Shown in pieces: positions 48,101 through 56,917 of a stretch of 64,000 bases of DNA; within the stretch, counting starts at the first letter, position 1; every line of letters begins with the position of its first letter. Position numbers and translations under genes: made by a program. The notes beneath the pieces are model-generated. The model made no database searches, had not been told where the DNA came from, and saw nothing but the letters and a program-made list of their open reading frames with translations. This stretch comes from Elusimicrobiales bacterium (GTDB lineage Bacteria > Elusimicrobiota > Elusimicrobia > Elusimicrobiales > UBA9959), in contig JAQTZB010000006.1 in NCBI GenBank assembly GCA_028688015.1, positions 107,381 through 171,380 of the forward strand, in the 5' to 3' direction.

Positions 48101-51100
48101 CCGACGTGATGTGGAATTACCCGGCCGCTCTGCCGGCCGGTTCCACCTACTACATCCAGTACAGCGCCGACCCCGCCCCCGTCTGGAACAGGGCTGCCGC
48201 TCAGATAGTTTCGCCCGCCGGGCCCAAATACCCCGGCGAGATGGAGTTCCGCACCGTCGGCGGCCTTGCCACCCTGCGCTATCCCGATCAGAGCGCAGCC
48301 GAAACCCGCGGCCTGCTTTACCAGTTCAAGGTCTGGATAGCCAGCGGCGGCGCGGTTACCGAACTGCCGACGGCGCAGACTTTCGCCAGGACGCCGCAGG
48401 CCTTCGACAATACCCGCTACTTCGGCCGCGAGCGCCTCTCTTACCTGAGCGGCGTCAGCATGCCGCCCAGCGCGCTGACGGTGGACGGCTCGTACGTTTA
48501 CCACGCCTTCTCCGGCCGAGCGGACGGCTCCGCCAACGTGGGTTTCGGCCTGCGCAAGTATAACGCCGACCAGTATCTGGAGTGGACCAAGTTCTTCAAC
48601 CACCGCCTCAACCGGTCCTACCAGGTGGCCGGCAGCACCCGGGACGCTTCCGGCAACTTCTATATTTTCGGCTCCCAGTACCCAGTGGCCGAAGTGATCG
48701 CCGGGCCCGAAGACTATATACCCGGCAAGGACGCCTGGATAGCGAAGCTCGATCCGAACGGAGACCTCTTGTGGTCTTTCACCTCGGACGTCTCGGGCCT
48801 GGGCCTGATGGACGAGATCACCGACGCCGCGGTGGAGGGAAGCTACCTCTACGCGGTGGGCGTGGCTTCCACCTCCTCCACCGGCCTTGACGCCTTCGCG
48901 CGCAAGTACGACCTCACCCCGGCCAATGGCCCGGCCGTGGTCTGGACCTCGGCCCTGCTCAACGGCAGCGCTTCTGAAGACGACTACGCTTACGGCGTGG
49001 CCGTGGGCACCGGCGCGGTCTACATGGCCGGCACCCTGAAGAACGCCACCAAGGACATGTTCATCCGGGCCCTCGGCAAGGCCGATGGTTCCCCTGTCGG
49101 AGCGCTGATAACCCACGACTCCGGCTATCCCGACGAGGGCTACGACCTGGCGATCACCACCACCACCCCGCCTTACCTGTACCTGGGCGGCGCACTGGGT
49201 AAATTGGAAGATATCTACGGCACCGGCTACGAGATGCTGGACGCCGCCCTGCTGCAGTTCACGCTCGACGGCGCGCTGGCGCGCACCATTACCTACGACG
49301 GCAAGGACGCGGCGGACAACGACGCCGTCTACGCGGTGAAGGCTGACGCCTCCGGCGTGATAGTGGCCGGCTACGAGGCCACCGCCGCCGAGGGCAAGAA
49401 CACCATAATCGCCAAGTACGACAACGACCCGGCCGGCAGCGTGCCCCTCTGGAGCCGCAGCCTCAACCTGGTGGACGACGGCGACCCCTACACCGTCAAT
49501 TACGGCGACGACGAGGCCTACGGCCTGGACCAGGGCCCCGACGGCAGGGTGTACCTGCCCGTCTCGCTGTGGGGCAATAACCCCGGCTTCTATTACTTCC
49601 CCGAGCCCAACTTCAACGTGGCGGCCTACCCCGGCCCCGTGCCCGGCTCGGTCAGGCTCGAGTGGATGAACAGGGACTACCTGGTGACTGGGTCTTACTT
49701 CAAGGTCCAGTATTCCACCTTCGCCGCCGCGGCCTGGAGCCCCGATTCCGCGCAGTTCACCCTCCCGGTGGACTACGATATCTACGAGGGCATGAGCGTG
49801 GAGCGCTCGGTCTACGGCCTGGATACGGGCCGCGACCAATACGGCAATTCCGTCGGCCCCGTGTATTACTTCAAGGTCTGGGCCGTGGCTGGCGAGGGCG
49901 GGCAGCTCATCGCCGCCTCACCGCGCCCCAGGGCCGGGGCCCCGCTGCCCGGTGAGCCTGTTCTCGTTTCCGCGGTGCCGGCTTCGGCCCGCGCGGGCGA
50001 GGGCTGGGCCCTAGAGAGCGTGGCCATGTATCCCAACGAGGCCAAGCTGTTCTCCATGGGCGCCCCCGTGTACGGCTACGGCGACTACGAGAAGGAGTTC
50101 CCGGGCGTGGCCCGCGACTCCTCCGGCAACCTGTACACGCTGGCCAACATGAACTGGAACGGCAGCGACGGGTTCGTGGTAAAAAAATTCGCCTCCGGCA
50201 TGATGCCGCTCTGGACCCGCTACTACGCGCCCGGCGAGTGGTACCAGGCCAAGGCCAACAGGATGGCCGCCGACGCCGCCGGCAACCTCTACATAACCGG
50301 CTACGAGCGCTCCATGGCCTCCGAGACCGGCAGGGATATCTTCGTCCTGAAACTGGGCGCCTCCGGCGCCGTCTGGAAAACCCTGCTGGACGGCGAGGGT
50401 TCAGACGACACCGGCTACGGCGTCGCCTTGGACGCGGACGGCAATGTCTTTGTGGCCGGCTCAGTCTACACCTCGGCGCAATATAAGAACGCCTACGTGG
50501 CCAAGCTGGGGCCGGACGGCTCCGTGCTGTCGACCAATACCTACAACGGCACCGCCAACGGCGACGACGAGGCCTACGGCGTGGCCGTGCGCGACGGCGA
50601 GGTGTTCCTGGCCGGCTCGTCCAACGAGACCTCCCTGGGGTCCCAGTTCCTGATGGCCCGCTTCGCGGCCGCCGACCTGGCCGCCCTGGGCGCGTCCGCC
50701 ATCGGCGACGACGCTTCCGGAGCCTACGAGGAAGCGGCTTTCGACGTGGCCGCCGGCAGCGCCGGAGTGGTCTACTTCTCCGGGCAGCTCTACGAGGAAG
50801 AAAGTTATTCTCTGGACGCGGCCGTGGTCAAGAGCTCCGCCGACCTCACCGCCCTCGACTGGGCGGAACCGCTGCGCTTCAACAGCCAGGCCAACGGCGC
50901 CGACTCGGCCCGCGCTATAGCGCTGGACGCCGGCGGCGCGGTCTACGCGGCCGGCTACACCGAGCGCTACGACATCAACCAGGACAAGAACCTGTGGCTG
51001 CGCAAGTACGCGCCCGACGGCGCCGAGTTGTGGACGCAGGAGTTCCACGCCAACCCCGTGCAGGGCGGCGACCCCTACGCCATGGGGCCCAGTTCCGACC

Positions 51101-54100
51101 AGGGCTTTAGCCTCGCGGTGGGTACCATGGGCTTCGTCTCGGTGGGCGGCAAGTACGGCGGTTTCTACGGCATGTACCGCTACCGCCAGACCAACCTGCT
51201 GGCCATCAACCCGACGCTTACAGTGAACGTGGCCAGCGGCTCCGCCTCCGTGCCCTTCGAGGGCGTGCGGGTGGCGCTGATCCCGTTCTCCGCCACCGGC
51301 GGCATCGACGTCTCCGGTTCCACGGTCTCGTTCACCAACGCCTCCGGCGCGGTCTCTTTCCAGGTGCCGGCCGGCAAGCAGTATTTCATAGCGCTGGACC
51401 GGCAGGGCTTCCGCCCCGCCATCAGGGACCAGCTGATGGACCCGTACGGCAGTTACTTCGTGCAGCTCAACTCCGACATGACGAAGAGCTACACGCTGTC
51501 GCCGCGTGCCGCGGCCGACGCCTACTACCCCCTGACGGTCAGGATCTCTTCCGCCGCCGCCAGGGACTTCGTGATGGCCGAGGTGTTCTTCACGGCTACC
51601 GGCGAAAAGGCGGCCTACGGCATAGCGCAGGTGCCCGCCGGGGTGACGGCCACCACCCTTACGGTGACCAACCTCCCGCCGGTCTCAGCGGCCGGCGCCT
51701 ACACGCTGGGCGTGACAATACCGGGCCGCAGCCTGGCGCGCAGCATCGTGATGGACGCCCTGTTCCCGCAGACCAGCTCGTATCAGGTCAGCATGTCCAC
51801 CATGGCCGGCGCGGTAGCCGCCACCGGCGGCTTCGAGGTGGGGGCTTCCACCACGCCGCCTACAGTGGAAGGCGTAGTGCGCAACTTCCGCACCTGGGCC
51901 CCCATAGAACAGGTCCGCGTGCGGCTCTATAACCGCACCGAGCCCTGCAGCAGCGGCATCTGCGAGCATAATAATTACGAGACGCTGACCGACGTGAACG
52001 GCAAGTTCTCGTTCTACAACGTCGTCAGCACCGCCGGCGCTTACAACATCATGGCGCAGAAGGCCGGCTACAAGCGCGGCTGGGCCCCGCAGTTCAACGT
52101 GTTCCCCGGCAGCCTCAGTACCAGCTACCGCGAGTTCCAGCTGGAGGAGGCCACGTACACGCTGCGCGGCTACCTGCGCTACCGCGACGTGCCGGTACCC
52201 AACGCCGACGTGATGGTCTACGGCGACTATAACCCGTACAGCGGCGGCTCCGACAGCTACCGGAATAGCCGCGGCATGGATACCGACGCCAGGACCAAGA
52301 CGGCCGCCGACGGCTCGTTCGTGTTCAGCACGACCACGGCCAACGGTCTGCCCGACGGACAGCTGCGCATGCAGGCGGCTTTCTTCGGCAACTGGATGGA
52401 CCTCAACGAGGGCAACAACCAGAACTGGGCCAGCGTGGACGCCGACGACGTGCGCATAGTCATCTCCAGCCAGGGCGCCACCGGGGTCGCCAACTCGAAC
52501 TGCACCAAGGGCCGCGTCTGGAAGCTGCGCGCCGACACCGGCGCCTGCCAGAGCCTGGCCTCGGGCGAGATCAACTTCAACATCATGCCCCCGTCGCAGA
52601 ACGACTACGCCACGCTGGCCGGCTCCATCACCTTCGTGACCTCCTACACGGTCACGGCAACCAACCCGCTGGTCATCAGCACGGCGCTGCCTATCACGGT
52701 GATGGCCATGGAGGAGTGCACCGACTGCAAGAGCCGCTCGATGGGCTTCGCGGTGGTCAGCGGCACCTACACGGTGAACTACGCCACGTACAGCATCACG
52801 CTGTCCACCGGCATCGCCTACTACACGCGCGTCACCTCCAACGAGTGGGGCGAGGTCAGCTCTTTCGACGACCGCGCCGACTTCCGCTCTACCATGACGA
52901 CCTCCGTCAGGATGCACTTCACCGTGACCAAGGCCGGCAAGCTGACCGGCGTGGTCAAGATGCCGGACGGCTCCAACTATAAGCCAAACACCAACGGCAG
53001 CAGCGACGATCCCTCGTACCACAAGATCGACGTTAATGTTGACGGCGAGAACGTCAGCGTGAACGAGGGCTGGAACGTGGACGAGTACGGCGCTTTCGAG
53101 TTCCCGAACCTGGCGCCCGGCCTCTATTCCATCAGGCTCCGGCCCGAGGGCCAGGGCTTCCGCTGGGCGGCCCCGACCCTGGCCAACGTGTCGGTGGTGG
53201 CGGGCAAGACCACACAGGTGACCCTGCGGCTGGAGGACGGCCTCTACGTGCAGCCGCAGATCATCGGCCTGCCGGAGATCTCCACGCCCACCTGGGCCTA
53301 CATGATGGTCCCTGTGCCCTCCGGCACCGAGATGAACCAGACGAAGATCACGGATATGTTCTTCGGCCAGGACGTCTTCTCGTTCGAGTACAGCACCAGC
53401 ACCCAGGTCTGGCAGAAGCGCGTGATGCAGGTGGGCCAGTACGACTTCTACCTGGTGCTGGGCGCGCGCTACAACCCGGGCATGGGGGACTCTGGTGACC
53501 CCGAGAGCTATGACCACTTCGGCAACTTCATCGGCAAGGTGAGGGGCTTCAACGTGCAGCGCAATGACGCCACTCCGAACCTGGGCACCGAGTTCCAGCC
53601 CATACCGGTAAACGTGCTCGGGTCGCTCGGGCAGGAGACGTTCGAGGGCACCATAGACGGCGACCGCCTCTACACCGACGCCGACCTGCGGCGCATCTTC
53701 TCGAACATCGAGGAGCTGTTCGAGTCCATCCCGGCCGTGATGATCTACGACGCGGCCGGCGACCTGCGCGGCTATACCGCCGGCCTGCCGCGGCAGGCCG
53801 ACTTCCCGCTGTTCTGGAGCAAGATAGGCTCCCAGGACCTGCCGGGAATGAGGTCCTACCTGGGCTCGCACGACAACCGCTTCATGGTTGCGGGGCTGCC
53901 GCCCGGGCGCTATACCGTGGTGTTCAACAACCCCAACTACCCGCCTGTCGCCAAGGAGATAGACATCCCGCTGGCCGCCGGCTACTCGTTCGACTTCGAC
54001 GAACAGCGCGTCCGCGTGGGCACGGTCTACGGCACGGTCAGGAGCACCGTGCCCGTGGCCGGGGTCTACCCGCCGCTGGGCAACGCCACGGTCTACCTGA

Positions 54101-55881
54101 AGCACAAGACCGTGGAGAAGTTCGCCGAGACGGCCGTCGACGGCACCTTCACGTTCGACAACATGCCCGGCGGCATCTACCGGCTGGAAGTCTCGCGCGA
54201 AGGCTTCGTCAAGGCAGGCGAGAAGACCTCGCTGGCGGGCAACGACTCCGTGCGCCTGGACCTCTACCTGACGCCGTCGCAGACCAACATGACCGGCAAG
54301 GTATTCATGAGCAAGTTCCCGTCGCCGGTCACCAGGTCGGGCGTCAAGATCGTGGCGTACGACGAGACCTTCAACGTCGAACACCCTACCGAGTACCTGC
54401 CCAAGATCGAGGCTACCACCAACGACGCCGGCGAGTACGAACTGGCGGGCGTGGTCCCGGGGCATAACTACAAGGTCACCGCGTTCTTCAGCGGCAAGCA
54501 GACCTACACCCTGGACGTGGGCAGCGAAACCGTTACGGAGGGCGTTACCTACCTGCCCGACATCGTGATGCGCGACGTGCCCCCGCAGATAATGGTGAAG
54601 GTGCGCCGCTCGGCCGACACGCTGAACAAGGCCGATGTGACCATCAGGTCCCCCAAGGCCCTGGTAACGACCCCGGTCTGCAAGGTGAACCCCGGCGAGG
54701 TCTACGTGGCGACCTCGGCGGTCAGCCTGGCGCTGGTGCCCGGCACCAACAATACGTACGCGGGCCAGTTCACCATCTCGCAGCACCAGCCCTTCTACAA
54801 CGTCTACGTCGCGGCCGGCGACGGCTCGAGCAGGATGGAGAAATCCGTCACGTTCAGCCCTAACAACTCGGCCAAAACGGAGCAATACATCCAGGACGAG
54901 GCCATCCAGGGCGGCGAGGTCCAGATGGACAAGGAGTCAGAGGAGTATTCCGGCATCGAACTGGATACCGGCGGCCTGGCCTACGACCAGAGCGGCGGCG
55001 CCAGCGCCTCCTCCTTCAGGCCTTCCGAGGCCGACGGCGGCCTCGTGGGCGGCTTCTTCAGCTCGCTCCCGTCGGTGCGCACGGTCAAGACGGCCAAGGG
55101 CAACCTGAGCCTGACGCAGGCCATCACCGACCTGATGGCGTCCGAGATCTACAACATGAGCCTCGACAACGCCTCGGCCAACAAGGAGTTCACGCTGACC
55201 CTGAAGTACGACAAGGACAAGGCGGCGGACGGCGCCAACCTGCGCATTTACCAGTACAACGAGACGACCGGGGCGTGGGAAGAGGTTCCCGGCAACTACA
55301 CCACCGACCCGATGCTGGGCGTGCTCTCCGTGGGCGTGGTAAGCCTGACCGACGCCAGCGCGGGCGCAAGCGCGGCGGCCACGCCTTACGGCCGCAAGCG
55401 CATGGGCATGAGCGCCGTGGTCAACGGCCGTTACGTGCCCTCCGCGGCGGGCACGTCCCAGAGCGGGCGCTTCGCGGTCTTCACCGCGCGGCCTTCGCCG
55501 AGCGTAGCCTACACGGGCGCGGACTACGAGGTGGCCAACCTGCCGAACCCCTTCAACCTGAAGGATAAGACGGTTACCAACCTCGAGGGTACGGCGGCCT
55601 TCAGCGGCGCGACCACCTACGTGACGCGCGGCACGCTGATCAAGTACCACCTGCCGCCCGGCAAGTCGGGCAGCGTGAAGTTCGTGGTCTATAACCTGGC
55701 CGGCGAGAAGGTGCGCACCATCAGCGACGGCGTGCGCGCCGGCGGCGGCATGTATTACTCGGAGTGGGACGGCAAGAACGACAACAACCAGGACGTGGCA
55801 TCGGGCGTCTACTTCCTGCTGACCTACGTGGACGGCGAGAAACTGGGCGCCAAGGCCCACAAGCTGGCGGTCATAAAGTAA
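42169..55881 (+). CDS. Giant secreted surface protein (4570 aa): beta-propeller (SBBP-like) repeats, FN3-like modules, CarboxypepD_reg/Ig-like repeats, T9SS type-A-like CTD
   Basis: A single uninterrupted 13.7-kb ORF with a signal peptide (LLTAWAAGAALAG). Dozens of units resemble GNIYVSGYT....LLLLKFSPAGQ and GAVYAAGYTERYD...LWLRKYAPDGAELW. Three FN3-like modules are present. The C-terminal third has PEGA/CarboxypepD_reg-like units (GTVRS...ATVYLKH...DGTFTFDNMPGGIYRLEVSREGF). The protein ends NLPNPFNLKDKTV...VVYNLAGEKV...WDGKNDNNQDVASGVYFLL...HKLAVIK. Confidence 0.9.
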   Translation: MRKIKNIFINLLGAGLLTAWAAGAALAGFTGDFSLPEGANFDAGDSDNPSEVAYFNNNVYVVGLSSPTGGFLIRYSTNGVMQTSGTLPGVGLSGVAVNSNGVYAVGTSGAPSRLVIAKFDPVSLILVSSKTYTGNANPATAADIDLSSSGDAYVVGTDLTMKEVVFGMYDSGLNTLSESGIIRTSDYDTGTGVTVDGTNVYFAGNSLLGSATSFILQKYSLTDYLSVMYASATLAGISVDEHELGGKIDASPLTHDIYAALNASHTEMKLARFSQSLNLTGTQPFGAAAYAGGNNLVVDSTGNVLMTGSINDGTGNDFPVLLKYSPTLVFISSAASVQPYGYEAAAVANNPLNGDSYVTGVYFSDGTGSEPGWDIRTVKFSGAAAPVMRQISGTVTYAGTYDPSARLTVWVSTSADFRGVPFFVNIPAPMASQPYAITNVPAGTYYMALTASINWAVADSTDPWGVHGQLGTPTPIDVTAGDAAGVDVVMIDGNSVPNPWSLESLLPATVNCLSTFNLGGECSVNGATTFATGIATDLSDNRYLLLTNLTDSAIVKFDSLGDVVSSVTVKYATFNGLKFNAYNGDLYVAAQGPVSGVRVYRYSSALALVSSVTVAGYQGARQLDFDAAGNVYTVSTVDNVSTGYDIRVVKFPADLSFVMDDWSEASIGPDQGYGIFVDGSDVFVAGIRRPASADEVVVIKLDAMSALSTMGTGAAATPPFTFQEGQGFNNIRVAADSSGVYAAYNADLQTSTRTVVYRFDRADLAAGYSSATVAGASLFGDLKLNAGYVYVAAADMNQARVTKYSAASFSPVASKTTNVLPYGLAPGALAFGVVGTASEVFLGGVIPDGMGGVTGGAAELPLIDGPVPSEVVPQDYVEGTNNLLMTPDGVGGAYMVFDSTVGPNELRMVYVRRVDASNQTLWAYDVTQTAVTGINELYALPDGSGGLYAGWFTGGHAYAQHYDIDGNILWDINGVRISSGPVDGGQFVANPQGGFFAVFGYIQSDVNTSLTAQSVRSDGNCNWPAYGPCAAAAGTPIPAVDFAGEGSGVAGIDGSIMFFWGGDTDADGHLQINGAKLDSSGALAWSPTVKSLYTAGTSADLGYDLEAAADGAGGAYVLWSSSASNARALYAQRYNAAGGTDSPWATPVQLTGASLPANDYLSLSLASDDEGFAVIYSSSSMNGSSEVRVVRGQAGLNQLAAGFSLGGNLLGSTDDGAHALVYGGTVYHIAWQQHASLPPPGNNHLVAYQTMAKDGTFEYTPYSSVGVSSDCVKLAISTSADGALVGWMEKTGGGTETTTPRLLDMPLVVGPVSVYLSTESAAPGSYVAGQPAPALLLDVRTVAGQATLASLRVHVNPDGPYTDVEAVSVYSDDDQDGVWDSRHTLLSSAAVTGAYVDLAFPAGTIVNTTPGPVFLALTPAQSAAGNSVNLALDDASALTTSGEMQLQGFYPVVSQPASVTIQQAVTDLATEPGENLNSVSLSWTYPQDIAAGHYLIKYSTDPADLAGPGFPSIETPIEAAASGYPGSALVESLPAVEATVAGVTRVFPYHFALWLYNGASTSPVSNLAQNLYFPLASAQAGDAALASSSEMTLNPNTSVRSVHLGLDRYTAFTFYGSPEAFLTLRTPAGAYYYKPALGVLDLKDLAVAPGGFSYVLAQVDADAVALKIAPNGDVLWVRNLGPEAPKAVAFGGGAVYAATELTNGSGDTDVKIYKLDAASGGATLYSYQYDSSAEYGRPSNDTVSSLEYASDPLRGYLYVAGSVGENYSYGSPRRGGIFKLADTGAQLSTSTAYVAGSWPVRHLNPSGDRSDTLRVRVNGSGDLLAAGFESRYDLNQGVNVWLNKYSASGAQLFPQPARFNNPQSNWDDVPTGLDYDNFGNIYVSGYTDMWNLGQGYNLLLLKFSPAGQFTDSRIYDSGHSQDGWGSDVFVSSDNYASVSGLFLAGGNFGVYSLPIGGSAAGASAQFFSAMEGPYTGSADVMWNYPAALPAGSTYYIQYSADPAPVWNRAAAQIVSPAGPKYPGEMEFRTVGGLATLRYPDQSAAETRGLLYQFKVWIASGGAVTELPTAQTFARTPQAFDNTRYFGRERLSYLSGVSMPPSALTVDGSYVYHAFSGRADGSANVGFGLRKYNADQYLEWTKFFNHRLNRSYQVAGSTRDASGNFYIFGSQYPVAEVIAGPEDYIPGKDAWIAKLDPNGDLLWSFTSDVSGLGLMDEITDAAVEGSYLYAVGVASTSSTGLDAFARKYDLTPANGPAVVWTSALLNGSASEDDYAYGVAVGTGAVYMAGTLKNATKDMFIRALGKADGSPVGALITHDSGYPDEGYDLAITTTTPPYLYLGGALGKLEDIYGTGYEMLDAALLQFTLDGALARTITYDGKDAADNDAVYAVKADASGVIVAGYEATAAEGKNTIIAKYDNDPAGSVPLWSRSLNLVDDGDPYTVNYGDDEAYGLDQGPDGRVYLPVSLWGNNPGFYYFPEPNFNVAAYPGPVPGSVRLEWMNRDYLVTGSYFKVQYSTFAAAAWSPDSAQFTLPVDYDIYEGMSVERSVYGLDTGRDQYGNSVGPVYYFKVWAVAGEGGQLIAASPRPRAGAPLPGEPVLVSAVPASARAGEGWALESVAMYPNEAKLFSMGAPVYGYGDYEKEFPGVARDSSGNLYTLANMNWNGSDGFVVKKFASGMMPLWTRYYAPGEWYQAKANRMAADAAGNLYITGYERSMASETGRDIFVLKLGASGAVWKTLLDGEGSDDTGYGVALDADGNVFVAGSVYTSAQYKNAYVAKLGPDGSVLSTNTYNGTANGDDEAYGVAVRDGEVFLAGSSNETSLGSQFLMARFAAADLAALGASAIGDDASGAYEEAAFDVAAGSAGVVYFSGQLYEEESYSLDAAVVKSSADLTALDWAEPLRFNSQANGADSARAIALDAGGAVYAAGYTERYDINQDKNLWLRKYAPDGAELWTQEFHANPVQGGDPYAMGPSSDQGFSLAVGTMGFVSVGGKYGGFYGMYRYRQTNLLAINPTLTVNVASGSASVPFEGVRVALIPFSATGGIDVSGSTVSFTNASGAVSFQVPAGKQYFIALDRQGFRPAIRDQLMDPYGSYFVQLNSDMTKSYTLSPRAAADAYYPLTVRISSAAARDFVMAEVFFTATGEKAAYGIAQVPAGVTATTLTVTNLPPVSAAGAYTLGVTIPGRSLARSIVMDALFPQTSSYQVSMSTMAGAVAATGGFEVGASTTPPTVEGVVRNFRTWAPIEQVRVRLYNRTEPCSSGICEHNNYETLTDVNGKFSFYNVVSTAGAYNIMAQKAGYKRGWAPQFNVFPGSLSTSYREFQLEEATYTLRGYLRYRDVPVPNADVMVYGDYNPYSGGSDSYRNSRGMDTDARTKTAADGSFVFSTTTANGLPDGQLRMQAAFFGNWMDLNEGNNQNWASVDADDVRIVISSQGATGVANSNCTKGRVWKLRADTGACQSLASGEINFNIMPPSQNDYATLAGSITFVTSYTVTATNPLVISTALPITVMAMEECTDCKSRSMGFAVVSGTYTVNYATYSITLSTGIAYYTRVTSNEWGEVSSFDDRADFRSTMTTSVRMHFTVTKAGKLTGVVKMPDGSNYKPNTNGSSDDPSYHKIDVNVDGENVSVNEGWNVDEYGAFEFPNLAPGLYSIRLRPEGQGFRWAAPTLANVSVVAGKTTQVTLRLEDGLYVQPQIIGLPEISTPTWAYMMVPVPSGTEMNQTKITDMFFGQDVFSFEYSTSTQVWQKRVMQVGQYDFYLVLGARYNPGMGDSGDPESYDHFGNFIGKVRGFNVQRNDATPNLGTEFQPIPVNVLGSLGQETFEGTIDGDRLYTDADLRRIFSNIEELFESIPAVMIYDAAGDLRGYTAGLPRQADFPLFWSKIGSQDLPGMRSYLGSHDNRFMVAGLPPGRYTVVFNNPNYPPVAKEIDIPLAAGYSFDFDEQRVRVGTVYGTVRSTVPVAGVYPPLGNATVYLKHKTVEKFAETAVDGTFTFDNMPGGIYRLEVSREGFVKAGEKTSLAGNDSVRLDLYLTPSQTNMTGKVFMSKFPSPVTRSGVKIVAYDETFNVEHPTEYLPKIEATTNDAGEYELAGVVPGHNYKVTAFFSGKQTYTLDVGSETVTEGVTYLPDIVMRDVPPQIMVKVRRSADTLNKADVTIRSPKALVTTPVCKVNPGEVYVATSAVSLALVPGTNNTYAGQFTISQHQPFYNVYVAAGDGSSRMEKSVTFSPNNSAKTEQYIQDEAIQGGEVQMDKESEEYSGIELDTGGLAYDQSGGASASSFRPSEADGGLVGGFFSSLPSVRTVKTAKGNLSLTQAITDLMASEIYNMSLDNASANKEFTLTLKYDKDKAADGANLRIYQYNETTGAWEEVPGNYTTDPMLGVLSVGVVSLTDASAGASAAATPYGRKRMGMSAVVNGRYVPSAAGTSQSGRFAVFTARPSPSVAYTGADYEVANLPNPFNLKDKTVTNLEGTAAFSGATTYVTRGTLIKYHLPPGKSGSVKFVVYNLAGEKVRTISDGVRAGGGMYYSEWDGKNDNNQDVASGVYFLLTYVDGEKLGAKAHKLAVIK

Positions 55882-55889
55882 AGGGCGAA

Positions 55890-55918
55890 CCGGGCCATGG
55901 CCGCGCGCCATGGCCCGG
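55890..55918 (+). promoter_or_regulatory. GC-rich 12-bp hairpin between the giant gene and its PorV-like gene (possible attenuator or RNA-processing site)
   Basis: ccgggccatggc (55890-55901) / gccatggcccgg (55907-55918) with a 5-nt loop. No U-tract follows. Confidence 0.35.
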
Positions 55919-55968
55919 GGAATCCCCCGATTTGGTTCTCTTCGGTTCGCGGTTACAGAGGTACTTTT

Positions 55969-56898
55969 ATGAGAAAAGCCATTTTAACACTGCTGCTGTC
56001 GGCGCTGCCCGCGGCCGCCTTCGCCTCCGGCGCGGGCACCACGGCGGCGCCCTTCCTGAAGGCGGCCCTGAGCCCGCGTGCGGTTGCGGTAGGCGGGGCG
56101 TTCAGCGCCCTGGCCGACGACTCCGGCGCGGTCTTCGTGAACCCGGCCGGCCTGGTGCAGTTCGACAAGCGGGAGGCCGCGCTGGACTTCAGCACCTACC
56201 TGCAGGACGCGAAGATGGGTAACCTCTCCTACGCGGGCGACGTCAGGGACAACCGGTTCGGCCTGGGCGTGACCTTCATGACGGTGGGGGGGATAGAGCG
56301 GCGCGGGCTGGCGGATGCCACCGGCCTCATCCCGGAGGCCGGCAGCTTCGACGCCAGCGACATGGCCGTCACGCTGGCCTTCGCCAAGAAGGACTTCTCG
56401 CCCGAGTTGCTCAACGGCCTGGACGGCGGCTTCTCGGCCAAGTTCATCCGCTCCTCTATCGACGACGAGAGCGCTATCGCGCTGGCGGTCGACGCCGGCG
56501 CCATCTACCGCGCTACCGAAAAGATCAAGTTCTCCCTGGTCCTGCAGAACCTGGGCACCAAGATGAAGTTCGTGGACGAGTCCGACCCGCTGCCGCTGGT
56601 GATCCGCACCGGCGGCTATTACGCCGTCTCGGAGCGCTTCAAGGTGGCCGGCGAACTGGCCGGCTGGCTGCAGGACGAGAAATTCTACCCGTCCCTGGGG
56701 GGCGAGTACTGGTTCCGCGACGCCCTGGCGCTGCGCGGCGGCTACAAGTTCGGCTACGACACCGCCAACCTGGGCGCCGAGGTGGGGCTCAGCCTCGGCT
56801 TCGGCGTGAAGGTGCAGGGCCTCGGCGTGGATTATGCCTTCCTGCCCTTCGGCGACCTGGGCAGCATCCACCGCTTCGGCGTGTGGATGCAGTTCTAA
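55969..56898 (+). CDS. PorV/PorQ-family-like outer membrane beta-barrel (module B)
   Basis: The ATG at 55969 gives MRKAILTLLLSALPAAAFA. This is followed by the AAPFLKAALSPRAVAVGGAFSAL...FVNPAGLVQF signature and a terminal VWMQF. Paralog of 35495..36400. Confidence 0.7.
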   Translation: MRKAILTLLLSALPAAAFASGAGTTAAPFLKAALSPRAVAVGGAFSALADDSGAVFVNPAGLVQFDKREAALDFSTYLQDAKMGNLSYAGDVRDNRFGLGVTFMTVGGIERRGLADATGLIPEAGSFDASDMAVTLAFAKKDFSPELLNGLDGGFSAKFIRSSIDDESAIALAVDAGAIYRATEKIKFSLVLQNLGTKMKFVDESDPLPLVIRTGGYYAVSERFKVAGELAGWLQDEKFYPSLGGEYWFRDALALRGGYKFGYDTANLGAEVGLSLGFGVKVQGLGVDYAFLPFGDLGSIHRFGVWMQF

Positions 56899-56917
56899 AG
56901 AGAACCGGGCGATAACA

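Noticed and set aside
30606-56898. Calling the locus a complete type IX secretion system.
   Set aside because: Only cargo-type CTDs and PorV-like barrels are present. No PorK/L/M/N, SprA/Sov, PorU/PorZ or PorP/SprF signatures are in the window. The locus is reported as T9SS-related or unknown, not as a T9SS.
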